Below, piece after piece: positions 10,685-23,022 of a DNA stretch of 64,000 nt. The DNA comes from Paramoeba atlantica. Taxonomy: Eukaryota; Protista; Discosea. The stretch spans positions 248,001 through 312,000 of the forward strand of contig CDRNVI010000083.1 of assembly GCA_977017575.1 (NCBI GenBank), read 5' to 3'. The notes below the pieces were generated by a model. That model was not told the origin of the DNA and ran no database searches. It saw nothing but the letters and a program-made list of their open reading frames with translations. How positions within the stretch are numbered: the first letter of the stretch is position 1; each line of letters begins with the position of its first letter. A program made the translations under genes and the position numbers.

Positions 10685-10862
10685 TGAGGGGCTGCGGGTG
10701 GCGAGGTTTCATAAAGGGTTTTATCGAGGTTCCGAGGTTTCGCAAGGTTTCATCGAGGTTTCACCAAGGTTTCATCCAGATTTCGCCGAGGTTTCATCCA
10801 GGTTTCACCGAGGTTTCATCCAGGTTTCGAGAGGTTTCGCAAGGCTTCACGAGGTTTCACGC
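10685..10862. repeat. TGAGGGGCTGCGG terminal motif followed by an about 11-bp (CGAGGTTTCAT-like) subterminal array
   Basis: The same 13-mer occurs at 13665 and inverted at 14951. The GAGGTTTC array is read directly. Confidence 0.7.
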
Positions 10863-11146
10863 GCAGCCGCTGAAGTGTGTTTCCGGAATAATAAGAGGGT
10901 TGAAACCTATGAAAGGTAAAGCCTGGCAAAACCAGCATATTCCTCATTCACGTGGCGAAGAAAAGTACTTTGTTAAAAATAGTGAAGAACATACTTGGTC
11001 TCCATCGTGCGCTGCAAAATATTTTCGCGCTACAAAAAATGAAGATTTTGAAAAAACTATTTTTCGAAATAAACCCCCAGAAAGGGTAGCCGAGGTCTTG
11101 GCGCACATTTTCCACCTCCGTACTCGGGGACGCGGTTATTTTCAAC

Positions 11147-11460
11147 ATAGAAGTCACTCATGATCCGCGCTTCGTGTTGAAAACTACCTCCGCGGTTAAC
11201 GAAGAGTCTAAAAAAGAAAAATCGCGAAAAGATCATGAATGATCTAATTTTTCGAGTAAAAAAGCTCGATTTTTCAGCGAAAATTGCGAAATTTTAACCC
11301 GAATTTGGGCCGTTTTTGATGCCTTACCAGTAGGGGCAGGAGGCGAATATGTCCAAAAAAAACGTCGTAGAATGGTAGCTGAGGTCCCAAACTCTCACAA
11401 TACGTTTTAGGAGTCGATTTTAGAAGAATACTATTTTTACTTTTTTTCGGGTCAAAAAAA
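11147..11460. repeat. Dispersed repeat, second copy at about 18250-18545; its core motif also occurs inverted at 8276-8322
   Basis: Shared AGAAGTCACTCATG..GTTGAAAACTAC..AATTTTAACCCGAATTTGGGCCGTTTTTGATGCCTTACCAGTAGGGGCAGGAGGCGAAT. Confidence 0.85.
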
Positions 11461-12382
11461 TTGGTCTTTATATTTTCACTGTTTTTGTTCACGTTTTTTT
11501 CAATAATCGAGGGTAGAGCGGTAGTTATACAACCACCGCAATCATTACTTATGAACGCAATAAGGGGTGATCAAAAACAAACATACATCTGTGTAGTATG
11601 ATTCTTTGTCTACGAAGAGAAAAAACAAGACAAAAATAAAGAGATTACGGAAAAAACCTCGAGCTGACATGGAGGAGTAACGATGGAATGAAATGTTTTT
11701 GATAATTTTTGAGCAATTTTCAGTCCGAGGTGAAATGTTTTTTTCAATTATCATTATTAATTGCGCTGGTTGTATAACTACCGCTCTACCCTCGATTATT
11801 GAAAAAAAAGTGAACCAAAACAGTGAAAATATAAAGAGGAAAACAGTAATATAATAGAAGAAAAATATGTAAAAGGGGCTCCGGTGGTCCAAGAATTTTC
11901 AAAAAAAAATTGGACCCTTGGGGGGTCCAGGGTGGGTCCAGGGGTGCATACCGCACGAAATTTTTGTGAAAAAAATATTTTTCGAAAAAAAAAGCGCAGA
12001 AGGGGTAGCCGGAGTCTTGGCGCGTATTTTCCCCCCTACCCGGGGATGGACACTTTAATATCAAAATTTCCAGCTTAAACCGTGTTCCGGGTTATTGTGC
12101 CCCGCCTGCACAATAACTGGCTCTAGGCACAATACGTGGCTCTTGGCACAATAAGTAAATATTGGAAAAACCCAAAAAAGGGTAAAAAAATTAGGCGTCG
12201 CTTCGCGGCGCCTTTTTTATGGACAAACATGTTCATATGCAGAGTTAGTTCTATTTATTTCCATAAATTTCCTTTCTAATTATTTTCTTAAATTTTAAGG
12301 AATGCGTTGTTGAACAAAGTCAATTCCGAGAAAATGGGAATAGAACCTACCAAAAAAATATGGCGCCGCTTCGCGGGAAAAG

Positions 12383-13145
12383 TTGGTAGAAATACTGCCA
12401 AGTGCTATGCAGTTCGTCAAAACCCGGATTCCCATAGAACCTGTTCTTGAAGGAGCCGCTTCGGCGGCCGGAAGCGGGGACACTCAGCGAGGAGAACAAG
12501 CGATTCTCCGGGGCGTGGAAGCCCTGAAGGCCGGCACCGTGGCAAGCCGCGACGTTAGCCCTACCGTTCTTGTCGCGCTGCGGGACAAGCTGCGTTCATA
12601 CGGGTGCTCGGAGCTCCTGCATCAGTGCCTGACGCAGACGGGTTTCAGTATTGCGCCTTCTTGTACTTCTGAAGTAAAATAGGACGTGTGCAACGCTGTT
12701 GGCACCCGTCCAGACGCTGTGCATTACGCCAAGCTCTTGGCAGACGCCCCTCCAGACACACCTCTCCCTGCTTCGGAGTCTGAAGGCGTCCGCCTTGGCG
12801 TCTGGTCCCTATTGCGCAAACTGGGATCAGTGCTGTTGTCTCATCAACTTCGGCACGAAGACGCCACGGTTGCCCCGGAAACGCTCGAAAAGCTTATGCT
12901 TGACAGTGTTGGCGACCGCTCCAACAGCTCGATCGTGTCGTTCCTTGCGGGGCACACCCGAGCGATAGCGAGCATCGCGGGGGCAAATGTCCAGGACAAG
13001 CGCACAAACCGGCAGCGTAGTTTTCAAAACCGATCTACCCCTCTCAAGGCTGTGGGTCAAGAAAGTTTGGCACCTTCCGGACGCCCCTCCGGGAACTTGT
13101 CGCCACTGCGGCAAACAGGGGCACCGGATCAGTAATTATCGGGTA
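12383..13145 (+). pseudogene. Gag-like ORF remnant with a degenerate zinc knuckle
   Basis: A helical-looking ORF is broken by a stop and a frameshift. It ends in CRHCGKQGHRISNY (CX2CX4HX4 with the final Cys replaced by Tyr). Confidence 0.5.
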
Positions 13146-13664
13146 CCGGAAGCCAGCGTCATGAGCTCTCTTAAGCGTAAAGGGGGGAAAAAGCGCCCAT
13201 CTGGCGAGAGCAGAAAGACATTAGAGTTATAGGGAGCACATATACTGTTGAAACAAATATTCTTTATACAGGGGTGAACAGAAATTTTGCCCCCCCGCGG
13301 AAATTTGATTTTTTTTATCCGTTTTTGCTCATCTTTGCAGCATCGGAGAGATCTCGCTTTCCTAGCGAAGGGCTTTGCCGCCTTTTTTCGTAGGGACCCC
13401 CTGAGACCCCCTAGGTCCAAAAAACATGGTTTTTTGATACCGTTTTTCTGGAACGCACCCATTCTTTTACATTTTTTTTATGTTTTATGAAATCGTTTCC
13501 TTCGCATTTTAGCTCGTTTTAATCGCGTTTGATGAATCTCGTTCTCATAGCGAATAGTCTTGCTGGATTTCTTTCTTAATGGCTCCTTAGAGCTCTCATG
13601 GGATAAAAGTATAATTTATGACCTTGGGGCATAAAAGACATTTTATGAGTTGCAATTAGGGATG

Positions 13665-14963
13665 TGAGGGGCTGCGGGTTATTATTCTGAAACAGCGCGA
13701 AACACCGCGAAACAGCGGTTTGTTTTCCAGTCTTGCGCAGGTGATGAAAAGTCTGAAAATTCATGTACAAGCTCATAACATGCACTTAATAATGTCCGTT
13801 ATGTTCCCTTATGCTCTGTGTTAACGTGTATGATTGCATATCATGTGCAAAGTTTATAACCACAATAATATTTGGCTTATTTGTGAAACTCTTCGTATCA
13901 ATATACCTTTCTTGAGCCCTTTAATGTACGGAATAAGCCATGAACAGGTTAATTAAGTGTATTCCGAGCTACAGCGGGTTCACGGCGCCGTTATAGGGGA
14001 AAAAGACATCACGAAACGCGTAACCGTGTTTGATAAGCCAGTCCTCCAGATTTCTCCTGAAGAGCTTGGTGAGAAGGTGACAAGCATCATGGAACGGGTA
14101 AACAGGGCCCTGGAATGTTTTTCTGTGGGAAAGAGGAGCATTGGTAATGTTCCTGTTGGCTCCTCTATCCTTCGTCGCACAGTTCTTCTCCTGGTACAGC
14201 ACCGAGGACATCTCCTACTCGATGTGCGTCCACGTGAACTGTACTTTCTGGGTGAGGTTGCCCAAGACATGGAAAGCTACCTTGAGGAGCAACCATTATA
14301 TGCTCCGCGACGAAAAGGCGAGGTGGGAGACTTTGTCGAGAGCTTGTGGCGCTCGATCACGGGACAACGGTCTCGCGCTTGCGCAGCATGGCGCCAAAAA
14401 AGGACGAAAGCCTCCACTTCCCTCGAAGCAAGCGCTGCAAGCAGCCAAGTGGAAAGTGACCAAGTGGAAAGCCCTGCAAAGGGCCTATCGGGAAGGGTCA
14501 TTCAATTTCCCGAGCTCGAGTAAAACGCTATGGGGCGAAAAAGGGAATACGAAGTGCGAAAGTGTAAAGTGGAGAAGATCAGCACTAAGTACAGTACTGT
14601 AACCCGCCTTTAATATACACACCCCCCAAACCCCCCTATCATAGAGACAAAACGCATTATTCTACGTTAAAGGGGGTCACAGTATTTGAAATGTGTTCAA
14701 CTTTTTTAATATTTGCGAATGAGTGCTGAAGATCAGTTTTGAAATGTATAGTACATCAATATTTTAATCTTTTTTATGCATGGAGATCACCGCGGCATAC
14801 TCCCGAACTTTGCCCCCCTCGAGTGCCTACTCTGCTTTCATTCATAGGTTATTTCAAATAAAAAATAGCTACTTATTTCCTTTTTGACTTACCTAGTGTA
14901 GAAACTCCGCGAAACAGCGTGAAACACCGCGAAACAGCGCTTTACGTCATCCGCAGCCCCTCA
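13665..14963. mobile_element. Putative non-autonomous TIR element (13-bp TIR TGAGGGGCTGCGG; GCGAAACA subterminal repeats)
   Basis: The inverted 13-mer occurs at 13665-13677 and 14951-14963, with GCGAAACA(G/C)C repeats near both ends. No TSD could be identified. Confidence 0.5.
13957..14523 (+). CDS. Hypothetical 188-aa protein inside the putative TIR element
   Basis: The ORF is open with protein-like composition; no motif was recognised. Confidence 0.35.
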   Translation: MYSELQRVHGAVIGEKDITKRVTVFDKPVLQISPEELGEKVTSIMERVNRALECFSVGKRSIGNVPVGSSILRRTVLLLVQHRGHLLLDVRPRELYFLGEVAQDMESYLEEQPLYAPRRKGEVGDFVESLWRSITGQRSRACAAWRQKRTKASTSLEASAASSQVESDQVESPAKGLSGRVIQFPELE

Positions 14964-15419
14964 TGCATACGTGGACGTTAATTACCTGAATCACTTTTGT
15001 GGTTTGGGTTGGAAGGAAACTTATGAGTACGACTAACGATAATTAGTCGCCTTCTTTTCGTTTACCTTCTCCGGCTTTACGGTGGCACCGGGCCTAACTT
15101 CGTATCCCTATACTTTTTGATTATCATGCAGTAAACTGCAGAGATACCTGCCCTAGGAGTGGTAATACAAAGCGGTGAGCCGTGCCGCGCTGAGACAAGA
15201 TTACGCCATGGAACACGCGTAGAATATATTAGATTGATCACAAATAAATTTAGACGTCGGAGTGAAGTACATGAATTTGCATGTCATTTTCGTTTCGGTA
15301 CATCTTTCTGTCACACGTAGGCACACCAATTTTCCAAAAAATGGAAGTGTTTGTCAAAGTACCTAGATACGCGTTTCTATGCACGTATACTAGAAACAAG
15401 CATAAGGATTCGGTTATTA

Positions 15420-18120
15420 TTATTGACTCACGGTACGCTGAAAATAAGTTTTTCCCGTGTCTAGCCAGTGCTGCGCAGCTGATTGTAGACGTTTTAATGA
15501 TGCTTCCTTCCTTCCGATTTCTTCTAAGCGTGCTACCAGGCGTTCTGGCCTAGTATCAATGTCTGCAATATTTTCTGCTGAAGGGGTATCCACCACAATA
15601 ATTGTCATTGATGTCTCCTGGGCTGTCGAGTATATTCTCTTTATTACTTCGTCAATGCTGTCCACTGGGCTATAAGCCTTTTCTACGTCCTTTCCAGCCG
15701 CAGTGCTGTCGCAAAATACGTACGTTATGCACGCTTTATATCGCGAGGCAACTTGCACCCCCTTTTCAAAAGCTAGTGCCTCGGCAAAAGCTATGTCAAT
15801 CTCCCGAGCTAGAGACCCGTCTTTAAGTTCTGCATATGAGTCTGTAAAGGCCCCCACCTCTCTAACGTGATCAAGATCGTGTAAAAGCCCATCGAAAGGG
15901 CGTCGCGTCAACAGCAATTTGTACTACGCGCTCGCAGGGAATATGTAGATGAATTTTTGGATGATTCCAGTCACATTCAATGCGCCCAATGAGTTGTGCT
16001 AAGAAGTCCATTTGGGGAGTTAAAGAAAGAGTCTGTTCATCCCAAATCGTGATATAACCCAACTTACTTTGAAACTTGGATGCTCTGCCGAGGGATACTT
16101 TGTCCGCTTTAACAATAGTAAACGCAAAACGTAAAAATCCTAAAAGGGCGAAAAGTGCCCGGGGCGTCGCTGTTATTCTTGATTTGGCTATATTTTTCCA
16201 AAACAATACTGAACTTTCTTCGAGTGTCCATCGGATACCTTTCGATGTTACCTGCAAGCGAACACCACAAAAGGTGAACTGGCTATCAAGCGGCTCTTGT
16301 CGCAAATATTTAAAACATAGCGCAGCTCTCCTAGTGAAATTTCTCTTTAAGACAGATATCCATTCATCTGTGTGAGATGCCGGCACAAAAAGTAACATCG
16401 AGTCATACACCAAGAAACCCCCCCCCCCGGAGGTCAAAGAAATATATGCTGGTGCGCTCTCACTCACATAAACATCAAGTGGGATTCCCAGACGCAATCG
16501 TTGATCCATATTTAAATTCAACAAGACCCCACACAAGTGCCTGACAAATTCCACATGATTTTTCATATCCCATTGGAAGAACAGCAGCTTGTAAGATACG
16601 GTCCGTGTAGGCTACGCAACACCTTTTGTTGCCGATTGGAATTTGATAATAAGCGTTCGATATGTCAGCATGAATCGCCTTGAGTTTAAATTTCGAGGGC
16701 TCAAGCCTACGAAGAACATCCAAAAACTGTCCAACCCCCAGTACGGAGAATGGTACACCTGGAAGAGTGCACAGCGCGTTCAGTTGTCTCATGTCTAATA
16801 TTGCTCTTGCCTGTCCGTTAGCTTTCATGACGGCTGTATACTCTGAAAGAATCGGCGTGGGTACATACTCACTTTTCCACACAGAATAAAAATTTTGCAG
16901 AACCCCTACCTCAATGAGGTATTCAACATGACGGGGCCACCGTTTTACGACACGACATTCGAGCGACTCCCTATTCGGTTCATGACCTTGAAGCGGGTCC
17001 TGATTTAGGAGACCTAGTGCGCATCTGGCAAAAGGAATATCAGACAATGACTTTCCTACATGAAACACACCACCCCCCACGTTTATCAGGTCGACAAGTA
17101 AAGTATGGGAACCCGCGATTTTACCCCGAAATTCACCAAAATCGGACTTTGGAATAGTTCTTATATCAATTCCGGGACCAGAACTATGCATTCAGACAAT
17201 TCAATCCCTTGTACGTATTCTTAATATCTTACTATCACTTCATACAAACTGGTGCAAACATGTAGAAACATGTACAGACTGTCAGGGCAAACATACCCAA
17301 AGTTCTCCGGTAACTCCCTAATAAAATGCAGTACCCACATATCGGCCAGCATTTTATAATTCTCCGCCTTTTCTCTACTACTGGAAATTGCTTGTCCATG
17401 GGGGTGCTCAATATATTCTGCAGCCACCTTTCCCCATCTACCATCCTTTAGCAAGCTTGCCCTTTCTCTGAGCAATACAAGATTGCCCCCTGACACCATG
17501 TTGTAATTCTCTAGGCGGAGGCAGGTAAGCCCCCGTTGAAAGCTGGTGGAAACCTTCGGATTCTTCTCGTTTCCGATATCCTGTTCCGCCATTTCCAAAG
17601 CCAATTTTCTGTTAGATTTCCGTTCGACTTCACGAGCAGCTTTGTCACGTTGTAAAGCTGCAATAAGCGAATCGGTAACAGGTTTAGAAGTGTAACCGGG
17701 CGCGGACGATACCTTAGCACGAGGAACGCTATTCTCTCCTACAACCGGAGCTTGATCATATGACACCGACACATCCGGAGGACTAATCCCATGACCAACT
17801 GTTGACATCCTACATCGTGGCACGGCTACCACTGAATTCAGAGAGTCTGTCTCTGCACAATCTACCTGTTCCAAACCATTAATAATTTCAATTTTCCGAA
17901 TGCGCTCTTTAAGAAGACGATTTTCCTCTTGCTCCTTGCGCAGCGCATCTTGTATCTTAGATTTTTCGACTCCTTTTAAGGATCCGTTCATTTCGTCTTT
18001 AGAGTTTCTATTACCTTTCTTTTTAATTCCTTTGCTGGAAATGTTTTCATCCTTTCCACGCTTTGCGCGCTCTACGCGTTGCGCCTTTGAAAGAGTCATA
18101 TGAAAGTCAGTTCCGACCAA
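15420..18120 (-). mobile_element. DIRS/VIPER/TATE-like (tyrosine-recombinase class) retrotransposon remnant: upstream ORF, then RT and RNase H across three frames
   Basis: ARAILDMRQLN and ADISNAYYQIPI (RT), then GFLVYDSMLL at the catalytic position. RNase H motifs IAVDAT, AEALA, VFCDS and NIADIDTR follow. No R-H-R-Y recombinase core was seen. Confidence 0.75.
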
Positions 18121-18843
18121 AACACAAAAAACGAAAAGAATGCGACTAATTATCGTTAGTCGTACTCATAAGTTTCCTTCCAACCCAAACCACAAAAGTG
18201 ATTCAGGTAATTATAGGCTCTTCGTTAAACGCGGTGGTTGTTTTCAACTTAGAAGTCACTCATGCTGCGCGCTTCGCGTTGAAAACTACCACCGCGTTTA
18301 ACCAAGAGCCTAAAAAAGAAAAAATCGCCAAAAGATCATGAATAATCTAGTTTTTTGGGTGAAAAAAACCGATTTTAAGGCGAAAATTGCGAAATTTTAA
18401 CCCGAATTTGGGCCGTTTTTGATGCCTTACCAGTAGGGGCAGGAGGCGAATTTGTCGAAAGAAACGTCGCAGAATGGTAGCTGGGCTCCAAAACTCTTAA
18501 AATACGTTAGGAGTCGATTTTGGAAAAATAAAATTTTTACTATTTTTTGGGTCAACTTGTTTTTTGGTCACCCTAAAAATTTCGGAAATTTTGACCTTGT
18601 CGGACCCCTCCTTCGCGTACCAGGGGGGGGGTACCCCCAGGTGGGGGTGAAAAATTATCGCCGCGGCCTACTCTACCACTTCCCTGCGCTCGATTTTTTA
18701 TTTTTGGACTTGGCATCACGATTTGTGACCCGAAGCATTCGGCCCACGGCGTCGGATCAAAAGGGTATACCCTTATTGTTGGAGGGAGGAGCAAATTACC
18801 TATTGCATAAATAGCGTGTAAATTCTTTCGGCTGGAGGAACGA

Positions 18844-19671
18844 TTAGCTTTCCGCATCCCAGTTTAAATCTTCCCAGTTTCTGTACAGGGAATTTACAAC
18901 GCTTGATGTAGAATTTAATACTTCTGGCGTTGTTCTCAAAATCTCCCAAGTTTTATCGTTCCGAGAAGTTTCCTGTTCGAGCCCCCGAGATATGGGGTCC
19001 GCTGCGTTACTCATCCCCGGCACCCATTTTATGTCAAGATCCACAGTTTCACTTTCCCTCAACTCCCATATGTTTTTAAGAATTTTTAGTGCGTTTCTTG
19101 AATTGCTGTATCCATTGCGCACAGCCGCACGAGCAGGTTCGCAATCAGTCGCAATGATTATGGCATCAAGTTTGGGGGTATCGGGAGGCACATTTCGAAT
19201 TCCCTCTTCAATAGCCATCAGTTCTAAAACGAACGCGGGAAGATCTCTCTCTATTTCAGAGTTCTCCTGGAACCAAACTCCGTACGTAGAGCCGTCAGGG
19301 CGGAAGTAGAGACCCCCCCTTCCGAATTTTTGGCTTGCATCCACAGCAGCATAAACGACGTTTCCAGTACGGAAAATTCTGGGGGTTTCATTCCAAGCCC
19401 TATTCATGGACGAGAGGAAGATGTTCGGCTTCTCTTCATGCCATTGGTTGAGGGGGATACCGCACAATTCTGAGTCCCAGCCGTGGATGCGAGCCTCACG
19501 TGCACATTGTGCTAACAAAATTAAAGCAGAAACCGCACGATACAAAGGTCGGCGCGCAATTCGCAGTTCATAACAATCTCGAAATCCAACCCACCGCCTC
19601 TCGAATTGTTGGAATTTGCGCCGTATTTCGCAAAGTACCATGGGGTATTTTCCGCCATCCGGGTGACACAC
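18844..19671 (-). pseudogene. DIRS-type RNase H domain of a second retroelement remnant; a degenerate gag knuckle lies upstream at 20025-20066
   Basis: AAVDAS, LELMAI, IATDCE and WVPGMSNAADPISR form the D-E-D-D set. CFGCRSPDHVWKTY lies on the minus strand upstream. Confidence 0.8.
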
Positions 19672-20216
19672 TCCGTAAATTCCGTAAAGAACGCGTCGAT
19701 GAAGTCATAGCAACTTTCCTTACGCGAATAGGGAGTGAAAAACAAACTACAAGGTGACAATTGTAATTTTTCTATACACATATTAATCACATATTAATAG
19801 ATCATAATAAAATATTATTATGTGCCCCGTAGGGCCACACATACCCTCTATAATATAGAAAATCTGCAAATCCTCTTCAAACAATTCTTTTCGTGAACTA
19901 TAAACACTTCTTTTGAAGTGAAAAAACACAACACACTCCAAAGATTATGCTGAATGACACCCACCCTAGTTCCTTAGTATCTTGTTATATCCGGTACCGG
20001 GCGGTGTCATTCTCACGCTGCAATGTATGTTTTCCATACATGATCGGGTGAACGGCACCCAAAACACAGCATTCCCGGTCTTCGGTATGACGCAGGCGCG
20101 CGAGCTGGTGTGACGTGCGGAGTAAAATAACGCTGCGATGCTTGAGGTACATACGTGGCGTATCTTATAAAAATGGTGTTCTTATATAAAGTCCATATCT
20201 CATCATAAGGTACAGA

Positions 20217-20680
20217 AAGCCTTCAACATTAGAAGGACGATCTGTTTGCTGCAACTCGCAGCCTTTGACTACTCACCTTCACACTTCTTTCCAACTTCCC
20301 TAATACTGCCGCTCTGCACGTCTTCTTGGAGAGCCTCCATTTTTATCCTCCCAGTCTTAAAAAGCGTAAGGAGAAATTGAACCTGGTGGATCGACAGCCC
20401 GAGCTGAAAGGGAGTTTTGGGCGCTCTAGAGTTATCGCTCCATCTGGGAACATTTTTCACACGCACGCAATAGACGTTTATCGTAGCAGGGGGCTTCAAG
20501 AGCTTCGGTTGCGTGAGGGAGGGATGCAGAAACATTTGATGAATCTCAGCAAGGCCCGAGCTGAAAAAGATTTTTGGCTCTCTAGAGACCCACTGATTCC
20601 TCATCCGTACAACTGAACCCTTCGATTCCTGTGTGAACAAGCTTGCCCGGCACTTTCGAAGAATACCAGCAAAACCCGAG
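20217..20680 (-). repeat. Inverted partial copy of the SL-headed non-autonomous element (matches 24929-25392)
   Basis: Near-identical reverse complement over about 460 bp; overlapping six-frame translations are almost identical. Confidence 0.93.
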
Positions 20681-20690
20681 GAGCATTCTG

Positions 20691-21326
20691 ATGAAGGGCT
20701 ATGAGGTGACCGTTCAGGCTGTCTGGGGACATATTGGCGAAGCTCATCGCGAGACTGTACTGGGCAACATATCTCTTAAGGAGGATGGTTCCGGCGATCT
20801 GGAGGCTAAGTGGGCGGATGAACCTGGAATGGCGTATGACTTCCCGTTTCCCGAGATTCATTACTATGAACTTCATATCATCTCTGTCCGTGCACGGATG
20901 CCGGGAGGACGTAGAGTTGAAGATGCAGAGAAAATTTCAATTGCTCCTATCACGGATCCAGCCAAATTTACTTCGTATGACGCATTGACTTGGGGACCGT
21001 GGTTAGAGTCGGTAGATGAGCTTCGGGTACGTGATTTGATTCGGGATTTACGCACCGCGCCGGAATTCGGGCTTCTTTTGAATCCACCGCCGATCCGTGA
21101 ACGTTTATTTAAGATGATCATCGAATGGATCAATGCGGCGCGAGTCTATCCGCAGTGGCGCGAGGAACATTTCTTAGCTATCGTCCGGACTGCGATCGAG
21201 GAGCTCAGGAACAATTATTGGAATGCTGCGGGAATCCCTATTGAGAACCTTCAGTTGAAGCTTCATAAAGAGGCCGAAGGGAAAGATGCATACTCCACGG
21301 GCGCGGCCTTTTTTTCTCTCTCCTAG
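20691..21326 (+). CDS. Orphan TE-like ORF (gag/ORF1-like); the first about 13 codons of the 20643 ORF derive from the adjacent inverted repeat
   Basis: About 210 aa remain open. The N-terminal beta-rich segment resembles the module in the CRE ORF at about 26520-26725. Confidence 0.45.
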   Translation: MKGYEVTVQAVWGHIGEAHRETVLGNISLKEDGSGDLEAKWADEPGMAYDFPFPEIHYYELHIISVRARMPGGRRVEDAEKISIAPITDPAKFTSYDALTWGPWLESVDELRVRDLIRDLRTAPEFGLLLNPPPIRERLFKMIIEWINAARVYPQWREEHFLAIVRTAIEELRNNYWNAAGIPIENLQLKLHKEAEGKDAYSTGAAFFSLS

Positions 21327-21383
21327 GCTGATGTTGCCATTTGTTCAACCGTTTTTTTGCAATTAATAAGGGGGGAGAAGTAT

Positions 21384-22760
21384 GAATCGCGGCATTGCCT
21401 CTATATTTTGACCCAGTAGACGAACCAAGTAGGTCCATTGGGGGGGGTATACGAGTTGAAAACAAGCAATCAAATTAGCAATTTGAAAATTTAGCTTTTT
21501 TTTTTTTACTAAAAACTAGCAAACAATTCTACCCGAAATCCACCCCTAATCAAATCACTCCCGCACCAAAACTAAGACCCGTGACGGCACGTCGGTTAGT
21601 GACTTGGTACCCCCCCTTGCCCCCCCCCCCCCTTTCGCAGAGAAACACCCTCCCCCCCCCCTGCGGCTGTTAAATGATTGGGGGGGACGAATTACTCATC
21701 GTTCCCATATCCAAGGAGGGCCGTGTCAGGGACCGCCGCGGGAAGTCGGAGTACCAGCATCCGAGCCTGTGTCCGCATCAGAGTGATGTTAAGTGACGTC
21801 ACCAATTGGTGTAAGGCTTCCCCGTTCGAAAGGGTACCCCCGGAGTATGCCGCACGAGAGACGGAAACCTCCTTGAGGATCGCAAAGGCGCTTGGACTCC
21901 ACGCTCCATAAGATTCCACGACCATCGCTCCAAATCGATGGCGTGCAAACTCTGCTTCCTCTCTTTGCTTCTTTTTGTTTTCGGTGGCGTATCGTTCCGC
22001 AAAAGACCCCGCCGTCACCCAGTTAGCATCACGGACTAAGTCCGTATACTTTGGTTGCTGAACATGAGTGACGGCGAAGTCTAATACAAGAGACTGGCTT
22101 AGCCCGATTGTAGGGATGGACACGTCTCCGGGCCTGGTGAGGGCGCCCCCAGGACCCTTGTTGCCCAGACTCACTTCTCTCCGCGGGGTGAAACCGGCCT
22201 TTTTACATTCAGAAGTAAACTGTGCCGCTAGTGCGTTGTGGCGTGCGATTATACCATGCCCGCTTTTGCACCCCAGAGCGTGGTCACCCTCGGGATCTAG
22301 CGGTAGCGTGCATTTTTCCATAGGACAAGGCCGGGACGCTGGATAGATCGGGTCCCCTAGCCACCAGCGTGTGAGGGTGCGAAACTCCGTCGGTGTGAAA
22401 GCCAGACCGGTTTTCTTGGAGGGGATCACAAAAGCCCATTCTGAGGCTCCTTCTCCTGTTTCTGATATCCATCTGGCCCGTGTGCGAAGGTCAGCTTTCG
22501 CAAATGCCTCGTGAAATTCCTGGTTGGCGATGGCGTGGCTAAGGTCGCGTTGTCGGGGAATCACCAGTTCAGTTCCGGATTCTTGCGCGTCGGTATACGG
22601 AGAATCAGTCGCCAAAGCCATACTTTTCGGAATTTTGCCGCCTTGTTGGACCACCGTCTTTCCGGCACGCCTGTTCACCTCCCGCACGGCATGGTCAAAG
22701 CCCTCAGCGTCCGCTGGGTCCCAACGGTCTTTGTCCGTTGAGAAAGCTACGGAGGCAACG
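21384..22760 (-). mobile_element. 5'-truncated CRE-clade non-LTR retrotransposon, family B (C-terminal region, CCHC, RLE, 3' end)
   Basis: ORF 21692-22687 has CPMEKC..DHALGC, ARHN, PGDV and LDFAVTH and is clearly homologous to the C-terminus of ORF 30286-33213. It shares an about 100-nt 3' module with that element. Confidence 0.9.
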
Positions 22761-23022
22761 TAATAATAATATAATAATATACCACTTAGTTCTTAAAAGT
22801 GGTTAGGAATCTTTCTGCCATGACTTTGAATGCTACTTTCTTTCTCTTATTCTTTGGACTGACGCAAATGCCTTTTGCAGCATTTTCCAATCGTTGAAAA
22901 GGGCGGAGCGTTGAAAGACCAAAAATATGCTTCGCTATGTTCTCTCTTGAAGGGGAATTAAACGCATTTTTTAGGTCTATTGATAAGATGCATGCCCCCG
23001 TTCTGTAGCGTTCATTTAATGT

